A stretch of DNA of 64,000 bases from Syncephalis fuscata S228 (Eukaryota > Fungi > Zoopagomycota), in NCBI GenBank assembly GCA_025786725.1, contig JAHLTZ010000013.1:124001-188000 (forward strand). Reading direction: 5' to 3'. The translations under genes and the position numbers were made by a program. The stretch's first letter is position 1. The number at the start of each line of letters is the position of its first letter. Positions 13,435-27,028 of this stretch are shown here, piece after piece. Below the pieces are notes generated by a model that saw only the letters and a program-made list of their open reading frames with translations, was not told the origin of the DNA and searched no databases.

Positions 13435-14865
13435 CTAAATCGCCAATTGAACTAACTCCTCATCCTTAACTGATGCGCTACCGTGAACAGGATGAGTTGG
13501 GCGCATGCCACGAATGTTACGCATTGGCGCCCCGACACCGACGCGCACCCCAGCAGACTCTGATGGGACACGATAGGATCTGTCGTTGGTGAATAGCGCG
13601 TGATCTGGATTACTACTTGAGGTTGAAGACCGAGTTGCAGTGGTAGAGACGCTGTCGCGCAAATATCGTCGTCCAGGCACCGCGACAGATGGCCTTTTCA
13701 GTCCCGCTTGAAAGCGATAATTTGTCGAGGTCATCTGTGGGTTGTCGTTAAATGATAATTTCGACATGTCAGGATATCCGCCAAACTGACGCGCATGCTC
13801 ATCTAAATCTTCGTGATATCGACGCAATGTCTCCTCGCGGCGGAATAGACAGCCGTATAAAGTTGATCCAAGCACCTGCCAGACATAATAGTCGGTTGAG
13901 ATGATATTGACAAAGATGAGCACATAGCGGGCAAATACAGTGTCAGATTGTCCGGTGAACAAAAATGCAGCTGTAATAATAAACGATGTTGCCTGGCTGT
14001 AGACGCCGTGGCAAGTTTCATTGTACTCTTTAAACAACTTGCCAGATGTACGAAGGCGTAGGAGAAATACCTGTGTTAAACATTGTAGATTAGCCATATA
14101 ATCGGTGGTTTATTTGCTATTTGTCCTACCATTAAAGTAATTAAAAGCATTGCGGCAATACCCATCGAGATGGTCAATTCGGTCACGCCAATAACACAGG
14201 TATTATTTTTATCGGGGATAATTTCGGAAAAATCGCTCACTCGATGGCGGCGTAAAATGCCCAAGGCAAAAACACTACCTACGACAACGTAGATGGCCAG
14301 CAGCGCAACCGTACTAATAATGACTGTTTTACGATTCCATGCTTTGTCGAGCTCTTTTTGTTGAACAAGTACTCGATGAAGTTTCAAAAAGCGATACAAC
14401 AATACACCAAGTACGGCGTGTAGACCAAGTGGATATTGCAGCCATACTATGGTATATTGTTAGAATAAACTGGATGAAACACTATACAACTTACTTCCTA
14501 CGAAAGAACACAATGGTGTTGCAGCACTTGTTTTGCCAAAAAATCCCAAAGAATACTAGATTGTGTCGAATACGTTTTAGTTTGCTGTTTCAAACAATAA
14601 CACTAGCCTAACTTACCGACATGCCAGCCCAGTATAGAAATGATGCTATATTCATTGGACAATGTTAGATGTGGTGATGCAATTAAATTAATGATTAGGC
14701 GGTATACCTACCAGCTACAGTAGCAGTGATTAGTGGTACATTCTTTGCCTTTAGTGGCGCATATCTGTAATTAAGCCACGCAAACACCACCGCACCAATA
14801 TCGGTGGCCCATAAAAAAGTGGAGCCAATAGCAAAGGGAAGCCATTCGGCCGTGGTTAGCGACAT
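13435..14865 (-). CDS. Seven-transmembrane GPCR-like membrane protein (5 exons)
   Basis: Spliced ORF MSLTTAEWLPFAIG..RYAPLKAKNVPLI..LCSFVGIWLQYPLG..LYRFLKLH..FKEYNET, with about 7 hydrophobic segments and a Ser/Arg-rich cytoplasmic tail. Confidence 0.7.
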
Positions 14866-16368
14866 GGCCAATACCGCCTACAATAATTAAAATTTATAAA
14901 GTGGTAGTTTGTATGATTAGTACATGCGTATCAGAAGGTAGATACGCCGTAGATGTAGCCAGTTGAGGGATATATGACTACAGTGTGTAACTTAACAAAT
15001 TAAATTTCACAAAGATATAAAATCGGTAATAACAGGGGTGAGGATAATAGGTATATGAAACAGTCTAACGGAAAATAAACAAGGCTGTGCTCCAGAAAGT
15101 ACAGCCACAGATCGGCCACGATTCTAGCGAATACGCGCAGCAATCTTGGATGAAAACAACACCAGCTATTTATATTATTTTAACTAGGTATTCAAATGGA
15201 ATGAATACAAGCCTGATATGTGTGTGTATAGGGGATAGGAATATTAATATTAAATCGACAAAAGGGATAGGAAAAGAACCGCAGCGAAACAAACGAGAAG
15301 GGAAGAGGAGGAAGAGCAGTGCCGATGCTTCTACTTGTACTGCTGAGCAGGCGGCCATCTTACAGGTTTTAACAATTTGCTTTAATCCGGTGGTAATACA
15401 TACAAGAAAGCATCTATATTACTGAACAGTTGCGGCCATGTGAATCGTCCACATGATATTCTGCATTGCCTGACTGTTTTGGGCTGCACATGTGGCGGCT
15501 AGAAACCAATCATATTTCAGATGTCCTGTTTATAAAAGTTTTTTTTGAGATAAAACACGTCATGTAGTTTGTCGGCTTTTTATATTTATACAATACGTGT
15601 TTATCTTTACTCATAACAACAATTAACAAAAGACTGTTATCATTTGTGTGCTAACAATTATGCAAATCAATCCCCTACAAAGCATAAAAATAACTTTAAG
15701 ACCATTAGTAAACTGTCAACTCTTAAGGCTTTAAATATAAACTACGCTAAAAAGCAGTACTTGGCCGTTTAATCAATGATTACTGTAGAAATGACTGTTA
15801 TGTATCATATAGATTATTCAATAATTAAATTATTTACATTGTAATACAGCGTATCTTTATTTAGACTATCAGAATTACATTGCAGAGCTTATAGCAATAG
15901 CAAAAAAATACTGATAAATTGCTAAAAGGTCATTTAAAAATTGCCAAACGTACAAAAAAGACAAGCATAGTTGTATTTAAAAAGCAATTTTTCAAACAAA
16001 AAAATGGATCCCTTTACATCCGATTCTTCCGTAAAAAAAGATGTTTATTCTTACAAAAAAATCACTGAAACTATCGTGGCTAATGATTTTAATAGTTTTA
16101 CGAATTCAAAACTGAAAACAACCACTCTCCTAATGCGAATGAGTACAAATATTTCGGAAATTAACACTTTCTTTGCATTTTTCTAAGTTATTCCTTTTCT
16201 TGGATAACTTGTAATTGGTTTTGCTATAAAACAATAGAAATGATAGCATAGATATAATTGACGTATTAGATACACGGCAATATACATAAAAATAAACTAT
16301 ACACACAATGACACGTAGGTGCAATACAAACTATATGCCAATTCAAAAAAATGCTATTTATATTATAA

Positions 16369-17158
<790 letters not shown>

Positions 17159-17266
17159 TTAATAATAGTGAAAACTTTCTCACAGAGTACTAGAAGTTAT
17201 TGCACTGTGCCATGTAGAGCAATGGCATATGGCAATGTATAGATTAAGAAATGTTTATAGTTCATT

Positions 17267-17516
17267 TTACATCATAAGACGATAGAGACCGGCTGCAATA
17301 AAGCCTAAACGGTCGCTGTTAGCATTGCTGCAGTTGTAAAGATTAGGCTAACGTACCAAGACCTGTGAGGCATAGTCCATTACGGCGGGCCGTCAGATGA
17401 CGCGGCAGTTGTCGGCTTTCCCAAAACAAATAGCCACCAATTCCCGCAAATGCACCTCCTCCAGTAAGACGGCAAGCAACACAATCCTGTTGAGATTTGG
17501 ACGAGGCTTCAGTCAT
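17267..17516 (-). CDS. Small DUF4536/DMAC1-like membrane protein (2 exons)
   Basis: DCVACRLTGGGAFAGIGGY..GFIAAGLYRL; CxxC followed by two Gly-rich TM helices. Confidence 0.8.
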
Positions 17517-18162
17517 TGTAGTTACGTAAAATGTTGAGCACGCAGTTGTAAAAGATACGAGTGCAAATACCATTATTATGGCACTGTGCCAATTTTGACA
17601 CAAATTTACAATATAGAATTTGATATTCGAGTGATATAGCTTGTATAAACTGTCTAGACTCAATATTGGATGCTTATCTAGCATTTCTACATATCAAATG
17701 TGTCATTTGTCCAGTTGAAATGTATCTAAACGATTTTCTCCGCATAAACAAAGGCCTCCATATCAATCTTTCTAAATAGCACGTTTATACTTATAAATAG
17801 ATCATTCAATATAACAGTTGATCAATAAATGCTTGTAATAAACAAACATGCATTAGTATGCTGTGGCCATAGTATAGTAAACAAAAGTTTAATCTACTTG
17901 GACGTTGCAATAAATGATTAAGCATAATGAAATAATAATATCTATTGCACTGATTTGATAACCACATAATTACCATTCAGATCTACAAATCAAAATATAA
18001 TTCATGTGATAATATCAGTGGTAATGATTATCGGACAGATCAGTAGCTTTACACAATCTGAAACAACATCGCTTATCAGTTGAACGATCAAAGACACGGT
18101 TGTTTCTTTCTTCTTCTCGATATTCACAACCCCACGGACAGTTATTCCACCCGTAAAGCACG

Positions 18163-20335
18163 ATGAAATATGCTAAGCAACTAGCGCTCCGGACAATACC
18201 GGCATGGAGTGTCGACTATATCGACTATAAAGCCTTGAAAAAGCAAATTAGCGCAAATATCACGCAACGCGATGGTAAGTAATACTAACACTTTGGCCTA
18301 TATCTCGGTTAAATATAATGTTAAATATAGAAAAAACCCTGGATGACGAAGATAGTAATCTGCTGGCTGACCAGTTTGAGCAAAATATTATAACAGAACT
18401 TGATAAAGTAAACCATCGATATGTGACGCAAGAAAAAGAATGTGCCATTAGACTCGAGGAATTGGATGAACAGGTAAATAGATTGCTATGCAAAAGTAAA
18501 ACTAACCATTTGTTGTTATAGTGGCACGATGATATGACATTGGATGAGCATGATTCATGGTAAGTTAGTTAATATTAGAGTGAATAGGAGATAAATACAA
18601 ATTGCCAGGAAACATTCATTCTCCAAATTATTGCAATCGCTGGAATATGTTGCCGGTAAGTATACGCTGTAGATGAGTGAATATCGCTTATTAACTTTAC
18701 TATTAGACTTTGTTCACACTAATATAACGGGCTTCAAGAAGATTTTAAAGAAATACGACAAGAATTTTCCAGCCATCCAAATGACCGATCGATCTGGCCA
18801 CTTATTCTAAATACACCATTTGCACAGGCCCATAACGATGAAAGACTATTACTACGTGCTCGCCAAGTAAGTTTATTAATATGTGTATTTACTTATATTA
18901 ATTATTTAATAGGTATGGCGACAACATGTACCGCCTGTGCCACACCCGTCAACTACTAAAAAACCTGAAGAATATGAAGAGGATGAAAGCATTGCAGTGG
19001 ATGGCACACCATCAAGATCAGTTTAGAGACAGAAGTTCCAAATATTGAGGATCTAGATTTGGATGCCATGTCCGCCGGCCGTATTACACGTTTATGGGTA
19101 GTTTTAGCGCAAAACGGTCTTGGTGAACCGATTAAAGTACCCGTTATTATAGCCAAAGTAAATAATGTGTTGTTATTAACTGCCACCAATCGTAACTGTC
19201 ATCTATTTGATCTACACTACAATACTTTAGGGAGTACGTCCTGGCCCTATTCTAGGCATTACTGCCGCACTCCATGGCAATGAACTTAATGGCATTCCAA
19301 TTATCCATCGACTACTATCGGAACTGGATTGTGCACAACTGCACGGTATTATACTGGCTGTACCGGTAGCTAACGCACCAGGTTATCTAAGTGGCCAACG
19401 TGGCTACACCGATGGCTCTGACTTGAATCGAATGATGCCTGGGTAGGAATGAATTGTCATGGTTATTCACTCTATACGCCAATTAACTAACTGGCTAATA
19501 TCAATGCTTCATTAGAAAGAGCAATGGTACAGTGGCCCAAGTCTATGCCTATCATTTAATGGAGCGTATTATTGACAAGTGTGACCATTTACTCGATTTA
19601 CACACGGCAAGTCGTGGTCGTATGAACTCGCTCTACGTACGGGCCGATATGAATAATCCACGCACCCACGCCATGGCCCGACTGCAAAATCCCCAGGTAA
19701 TAGCCATCATATAGCCCAAAAGGCGATCTACTAGCTTATCCATTTGTCATTAGATTATTGTTCACAATACTAGTCCTGACGGTTCTCTTCGTGGTGCTGC
19801 TATGGAACGCAATATTGCTGCCATTACTGGTAAATCAATACAATGAACACAAATAGCCACCGCCAAAACTGACAATAATCTAACAGTTGAAATCGGCGAT
19901 CCATCACAGCTTCAAGAACAGTATTTAAAGAGTGCACTACTTGGCGTCACCAATATTATGTCGCATCTTAAAATGATTTCAGCCGAGAAAGATCTACCTG
20001 AGTTTGAGCCAGTTATCTGTTCAAAAAGTGTAAGTCACCTATTAATTTATTTTAATTCTATTGATTTAATTTATTTAATACAGTTTTGGATATTTGCTCG
20101 TACTGGCGGTATTCTCACTGTATTGCATGATGTCAATACGTGGGTACGTAAAGGAGAACCTATCGCCACCGTCCATTCTATATTTGGTCATTTAGAATGC
20201 ACGTACCACTCACCGGAAGATGGTATTATTGTGGGTAAAAACGTCGATCCTGTCTGTCAAAGTGGCAATCGAATTATTCACTTGGGCGTTATTGGTGGCC
20301 AATTTGCTGGCGAATCAAACGATGGTCATTTGTAG
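18163..20335 (+). CDS. SPX domain fused to a succinylglutamate desuccinylase/aspartoacylase (M14-like) zinc hydrolase (about 11 exons; two apparent frameshifts)
   Basis: MKYAKQL..PAWSVDYIDYKALKKQI and NITGFKKILKKYDK (SPX); GVRPGPILGITAALHGNE, DLNRMMPG, LLDLHTAS, ITVEIGD, plus a C-terminal barrel-sandwich hybrid domain (ARTGGIL..VRKGEPIA..SPEDGIIVG). Confidence 0.85.
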
Positions 20336-20974
20336 TAGGTGGCCATTGTGATGATTACGGTTAATTACGGTTGTCAAGTTAAATGTCATTGACATGCAGC
20401 AATCATATGAATTTTTGACTATGTTCTACGTAATCCAATTATACTAATATGTTCACAATCAGTGCTGATAACACCAATAATGCTAATAATAAACTAAGAT
20501 CTTTATTCTTTGTATAATGCACGTGCAGTGAATTTTATTCGGTCTATCTAAAGGCCATTACAAATAAACAAGGGTCTAACTACAACAACAACAAATAACA
20601 AACAGGATCATCAAACCGTATGACCAACTAATTCGCCCGTCTTATATTTCCATCTTTCCTCCTCCAGTATATCCTTATCTTTCTCTTTCTTTTATTCCAC
20701 ACACACACGACAGTAACTAACTCTTTTTCTTCCATGATCGACAATAGTACACGCATAAACATTTGCTTTTATTATCGTCGTGTTTAGCTTCTTTGATTTT
20801 TGCTTCCTGCTGGTCAATTGGCCACTTTTTTTCACCTAGCGCCAGTTACTAGGCTAGTCTACAACAATATACAGCCATCTATTTGCTACTTGTTATTTTC
20901 TTAACACATCACATTTCTATCCACCGGTTTTTGCAGCTTCTCTTGATAACAGACAAATAACACCAATTGCAATC

Positions 20975-23572
20975 ATGGCTGCAGCCGTAGGATCTCCAAT
21001 GCAGATTACTCCTTATGAGCCTGCATCTTTGTTCGGCGTCCAGGCCATGGCCGAAAAGGCAGGCAAATAACCGTAACTACCAACAACTTTGAAATCACCA
21101 ATATGATGAAAGGCAACGTCATTCAATATGACGTATCGATCGAACCGGATGTGAAGCCGCTTATTAATCGACAAGTATTTCAAAGCTTTGAAGATATGAA
21201 CCGCAGTAGTTGGGGTACAGCACTTATGGCCTATGATGGTCGTAAAATTGCATATTCGCCAAAGGAAATGCCATTTGGTGCCGGTTTACGTACTGAGGTA
21301 AGAAATAACTAGTTATGCCATTTTACTTTGGCCCATAAACTGCTTATTTAGATCACGTTACCCGAAGCGGATGGCCGCCCATCACGTAAGCCACGTGTGT
21401 TCACGCTAACAATACGCCGAGTAAGCGAGATCAATCTGTATGAATTGAGCCAGTTCATAGAAGGCAAATGCAAGACGTCGCCGAATATCCACTCATCCAT
21501 TATGTTATATGATATTTTGTTTCGACATCAGCCGGCTCTTCGCTACACGACTGTTGGTCGTTCGTACTATATTGACGAACAGAGCTCATTTACATTGCCT
21601 GGTGGTCTAGTAGCACGTCAAGGCATTTACCAGTCAGTTCGTCCCAGTGCCAATCGCATGATTGTCAATGTCGATATCAGCTCAACGGCTTTTTTGCCCA
21701 CGGCCCTCTTATTGACATTATCTGTCGTGTACTTCACTTGCAGCATCCTGATCAACTACGTCGAGGACTACGTCCTAATGATACATCACGACTTGAGTCA
21801 TACATTAAAGGACTGTCATTCTATGTCACGCATCGTGGCTCTAGCAAGCGTAAATACCGTGCGGCCCGTTTTACAAAAACAGACGCACGTCGTACTACTT
21901 TTCCAATTGGCGATACTAACCAGCAGCAATCAGTTGCCGAGTATTTTAAAATCAAGTACAACATGAATCTACGTTATCCTGAATTGCCATGCATTGAAGT
22001 AAAAAAGAATATGTATTTTCCGCTTGAAGTATGTGACGTTGTTGAAAACCAACGCTGTTCACGTAAACTTACCCCCGAACAAACTGATGGCATGATCAAA
22101 TTCACTACGCATCGTCCCGACAAACGGTTAAATATGGTCCGTGACGGTATTCGTGAATTGAAATATCATCACAATCCACAGCTTCGCGCTTTTGGCGTTC
22201 GCGTTGATGATAGCCGTCCAATTGTGGCACGAGCACGTATACTTGATACACCACGTATCAACTACAATCCAAAGAGTCGCGAAGCTGTTGTGACACCGCG
22301 TGATGGTGTTTGGAATCTGCGCGACAAGATTCTACCAACTGGCGCTGTTTTAGGCAGCTGGGCCGTTTTATGTTTTGCTGATCGTGTCAATCGTGGTCAA
22401 GTAGAAAATTTTATTCGTGAATTGGGATCGGTTTGCCATCGTACAGGCATGAATGTAATTGCTCACCATCCGCCGGTTATGAGCTGCAACCGACAAACAA
22501 TGTTGAGCAAGCAATGCGCAAAGTAAGCGCTGAGGCCGAGCATAAGTTCCGTGCACCACCTCAAATTATTGTTTGTATCTTACCAGATACTTCAGTACCA
22601 TTATACGCAGAAATTAAGCGCGTATGTGAGACTGTTGTCGGTGTGCCTACTCAGTGTATTCTTGGTAAGCATACACAACGACCAGCAGTTCAGTATTGTG
22701 CCAATGTTTGCCTTAAGATGAATGCAAAACTTGGTGGCACGAATGTTACTCTATCGCGTGAACAACTTGGCTTTATCAGTGATAAGCCAACTATCGTCAT
22801 TGGTGCCGATGTATCGCATCCAGCACCTGGCGATGTTACTCGGCCATCAATTGCTACTCTTGTTGGATCGATTGATGCAAATCTAGCTCGATTCAGCTCT
22901 TGTATCCGTATTCAAACAGCCCGTGCTGAAATGATCGGCGATTTACGTGATATGATTGTTGAGCTACTGAAGGCCTTTTATCGTAACACTGGCCATAAAC
23001 CAGCTCGTATTCTCTTCTATCGTGATGGTGTTTCGGAAGGCGAGTTCCAACAAGTACTCGATACGGAAGTTATGGCAGTTAAAGAAGCTTGTTTACAGCT
23101 TGAGCCAAATTACTCACCAACACTAACTTATGTTACTGTGCAAAAACGTCATCATACACGTCTATTCCCAACTCGACGTGAACATTCTGATCGATCAGGC
23201 AATTGCGTGCCTGGTACAGTAGTCGATTCGGATGTCACACATCCATACGAGTTTGACTTTTTCCTTGTTTCGCATTCTGGTATCCAAGGCACATCTCGTC
23301 CTTCACATTACCAAGTACTTTATGATGAGAATGAATTTACGCCGGATAGTTTGCAAGAGCTTACCTACCGCATGTGCTATTTATACGCACGCTGCACTCG
23401 TTCAGTGAGTGTTGTACCGCCCATCTACTATGCTGATATATTGGCGGGACGGGCTCGGTTCCATGCTACTGGTGATAATTTTGGCGATCTTACTAGTCAA
23501 ACTTCGGATTCAACTGCGCCTAGCTATCGCCGCTTACACGAAAGACTACGTGACTGTATGTTCTACATGTAG
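20975..23572 (+). CDS. AGO1: Argonaute (N-PAZ-MID-PIWI); one intron 21298-21351; three apparent single-base frameshifts
   Basis: RRPGHGRKGR..NNF, PAZ (YFKIKYNMNLRYPELPC), NAKLGG, IGADVSHP, YRDGVSEG, QKRHHTR, QGTSRPSHY, YARCTRSVS, MFYM. Confidence 0.97.
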
Positions 23573-23616
23573 TTTACCTATTATATGTATGTATTTACTT
23601 GCATGAAGAAGTGTAG

Positions 23617-23648
23617 GAAGAAGAAGAAGAAGAAGAAGAAGAAGAAGC

Positions 23649-23697
<49 letters not shown>
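23617..23697. repeat. Compound microsatellite (GAA)10 GCA (GTA)16
   Basis: Read directly, ~45 nt downstream of the Argonaute stop. Confidence 0.95.
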
Positions 23698-24542
23698 ATA
23701 TGATAGATATCTACGTTTATAAAGCTTTGTTATGTTTATGGTCCGTTGTTGTCTTTTTCTTACAAATTCTAGTTATTAATTTTTGTTGTTGAATAATGCA
23801 AATGAATAGCTACTATTTAATATAATGAACACTCATTTAAACATCATTATCAATGACATGTACAATTTGCGATATATGACGAGATGCGTACAAAAGAATA
23901 ATTAAGCAATGATCACTATCCGCACAAATAGCTAAATGACTAAGTTTGCATGAATTTTTATTATTATTACAATTTTAATTCAATAGCGCCAAATATGTTT
24001 TTGAGTAATTATTACATTATGTAAGCATAATGTGCCACAAGTTTATCATTTGAATACGATATAGTACATGATTTAGTTCGACAATAGTAACCTTGTTCGG
24101 CATTTTAATTTATTTTACAGCTCCGACTTGTTAAATTAGATTACTTATTTATTGTATCTATGTATATCATTAATATTGATTATACAATTTATATGTTATT
24201 AAAAGTAACTTTACTAAAAAATTGTATTATTTAACAGTAGCTATTATTATTTGTATAATAGCATAAATTAAAAAAATAAATGACTAAGCCTTTACTATTT
24301 ATTTATTTATTCATTTTATGAGTTTGATTATAGGTCATTGTGTTGTTAATTGCTTGCAAGTTAAAACATTAATACCTTTTTGATTTAATATTATCTATTG
24401 CTATTATTTAATAAAATACTGCTACAATTACTTATTATTATATAGATTTTCAGCAAAGTTTTATTTCTATGGCAAACAATATCATGAGGAATTTCGTTTC
24501 AGCATTATACGACCAATCGCAGAATACATTCATAAAGTCAAT

Positions 24543-26078
24543 TTAAAAGGTTGGTAGACCAGCGGTAGCATCATTGGCTGGCAGACCACCAGCGGTAACT
24601 TGATCAGTAGCAGTTTTACCAGCAGTGGCTTTACCAGTAGCAGCTTTACCGGCAGTAGCTGAATCGGTTGGTAAACCATCAGCAGCAGCTTTACCAGTAG
24701 TAGCTGAACCAGCAGCAGTATCTTTGACAGTAGTAGCTGAACCAGCTGATAGACCACCAGCAGTTGTTGTGTCAGCTGGAAGGCCACTAGCGGTAGTCAT
24801 GTCAGCTGGGAGGCCACCAGCAGTAGTCATATCAGCTGGAAGGCCACTAGCGGTAGTCATGTCAGCTGGGAGGCCACCAGCAGTAGTCATGTCAGCTGGA
24901 AGGCCACCAGCAGTAGTTTGACCAGCTGGGAGGCCACCGGCGGTAGTTTGACCAGCTGGGAGGCCACCGGCGGTAGTCATGTCAGCTGGGAAGCCACCGG
25001 CCATGGTTGTGTCAGCTGGGAGGCCACCAGCAGTAGTTTGGCCAGCTGGAAGGCCACCAGCCATGGTTGTGTCAGCTGGGAAGCCACCAGCAGTAGTTTG
25101 GCCAGTTGGGAAGCCACCGGCCATGGTTGTGTCAGCTGGGAAGCCACCAGCAGTAGTTTGGCCAGCTGGGAAGCCACCGGCCATGGTTGGATCAGTTGCG
25201 AGACCACCAGTAGGAGACATACCATTAGGATTCTGGGCTTGCATATTTGCTCTATTGGCTTCTATCTGAGCCTTTTGCATATTCTGTGCACTGATAGTGG
25301 TTGCTGCAGTCACACCAATTGAAGCCGCATTTACGGCTGCATTAGTACCCACAGTAAACAGATCCACATTAGTTGCTCGTCTGTCGCTTCTATCAAGAGC
25401 ATTTACAGTACTAATGTCAGATACTTCGCCGCCATTGGGTGTATTTGCGTTAGACCTATTTCCAGGAGCGTTGGCATTGGTATTGCCTGTCGGTGTGTCT
25501 GGCTTAGTAGTTGGCGATCCCTTCAAACTATCTGGCTTGGCTGGAACAGGCGGTGGATTAGTATTCCTGGTTGAAGTTCCCTTGCCTGGAGCATTAGTTC
25601 CTGTACTAGGTACAGCAGGAGTTGTAGGTGTATCGGGCACTTGTCTTGAGCCATTGGGACTCTTGACTGGAGTAGTTACTTTGTTGGGTACCTTAGGAGG
25701 TGGAGGAATGGCCACTGTTCCGGGCATTTTAGAAGTTGGAGGAATGGCCACTGTGCCAGGCACTTTAGAAGTTGGAGGAATGGCCACTGTTCCAGGCCTT
25801 TTAGAAGCTGGAGGAATGGCCACTGTTCCGGGCATTTTAGAAGTTGGAGGAATATTGTTTACTTTGTTGGGTACGCTGGGAACCTTGCTTGATGCATTTG
25901 GCACATTAGCTGAGCCTTTAGATTTCTAATAAATAATATCAGTACTATTATTAAATTAAATATTAGTTGCAGTACTCACGAATGGATTTGACCATGGTGC
26001 GGCATCGACTGAAACTGCATTCGTAGACAATACGGCTAAAAGCAAGGCGGCGCTAAGAATCGTTGTGCTGGCACGCAT
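24543..26078 (-). CDS. Secreted Pro/Thr/Gly-rich repeat protein, paralog 1 (2 exons)
   Basis: Signal peptide MRASTTILSAALLLAVLSTNAVSVDA; GT-AG intron ~25927-25979; 12-aa repeats (KxPGTVAIPPxS) x4; central helix; 10-aa repeats (TTAGGLPADM/GQ). Confidence 0.85.
24750..25200 (-). repeat. Coding minisatellite, 30-nt unit, about 15 copies
   Basis: Repeated aggccaccagcagtagtcatgtcagctggg-like units. Confidence 0.9.
25700..25852 (-). repeat. Coding minisatellite, 36-nt unit, about 4 copies
   Basis: Repeated ggaggaatggccactgttccgggcattttagaagtt-like units. Confidence 0.9.
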
Positions 26079-26398
26079 GATGATAAACAAAAGTCACAAT
26101 AGCTAACTTGGTTTATAAAATCAGCTTATAACAGAATGTTATAGGTATTCAAGCGTGTGTTTAAAATGTATGACAAATCAATGTCACAGCAGTCGTGTAT
26201 AAGTTGCGTAGAAATGGATAAGATGGATTGTTTGCGGTATAAAACTTGAAGCAATAGCGTGAAATAATCAAAGGACCGGCCTTTATCAGCGTGAATTTAT
26301 AAGAAAAACTCAAGAGCTGTATCGTAGAAGAAAAGAAGCGTTCGCGTAACTGAAAATCGGTTAATAATGAACTGCAAAATACATTGCAAATCAGCTGG
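25991..26398 (-). repeat. Left arm of a 408-bp near-identical inverted repeat
   Basis: Reverse complement matches 34264-34671 with about 6 mismatches and no indels (by eye). Confidence 0.95.
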
Positions 26399-27028
26399 TT
26401 TATATGGAAATTGTTTGGAAGAACGTGTTATTGATAGCATCTACATTGGTAGAACAAAACCAGTTGGTTTAGATTGCACGTAGGGTAAATGTATCAAATT
26501 TGAAAGTATGTTTCAAATAGTAGTTACGGAGACGTTTATTGAACTATATTACCGTCATAATAAAATTCATCACAGGCCGTAAAAAGGAAATAATGAAACT
26601 GCCTGTTTTTAGCTGCCATAGCACACGACACGACTCAGACGCTGTTTGTAACGAAAATATATGAAACTAAACACGTTGTCGCATCATTACCGTTTGGTTA
26701 ATTGTTTTATTATAGTGGGCGCAGTTTCTTCTTTAGATGTTCTATCGCAATGCAATTACAATGTTACCGATCCAATAATGACATCAGTGTCATACAATAG
26801 CGTTTTAACACCATGCTATCCGCCAACGCTTGAGACAATACTGTGGAGCAGCTAACGTATAGGCCTAAACACTAGTTAGGTGTAATCTAGGTTGGGTAGT
26901 TGGCTACTACTGGTGCAATAATATCGAATGATTTTGATCATGCATTTTGAAAAGACCGCTGTCTATGAAAATACTGATCATCAATAATAACATTCAAACT
27001 TTTTATTTTTATTTTATTTTTAATTACA

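Noticed and set aside
14076-14140. Apparent frameshift between ORFs of the 7TM gene
   Set aside because: Explained by a normal GT-AG intron with a GCTAAT branch site
24750-25200. CRISPR-like appearance of the 30-nt array
   Set aside because: Units are contiguous with no unique spacers, in frame in a eukaryotic CDS, and there are no cas genes
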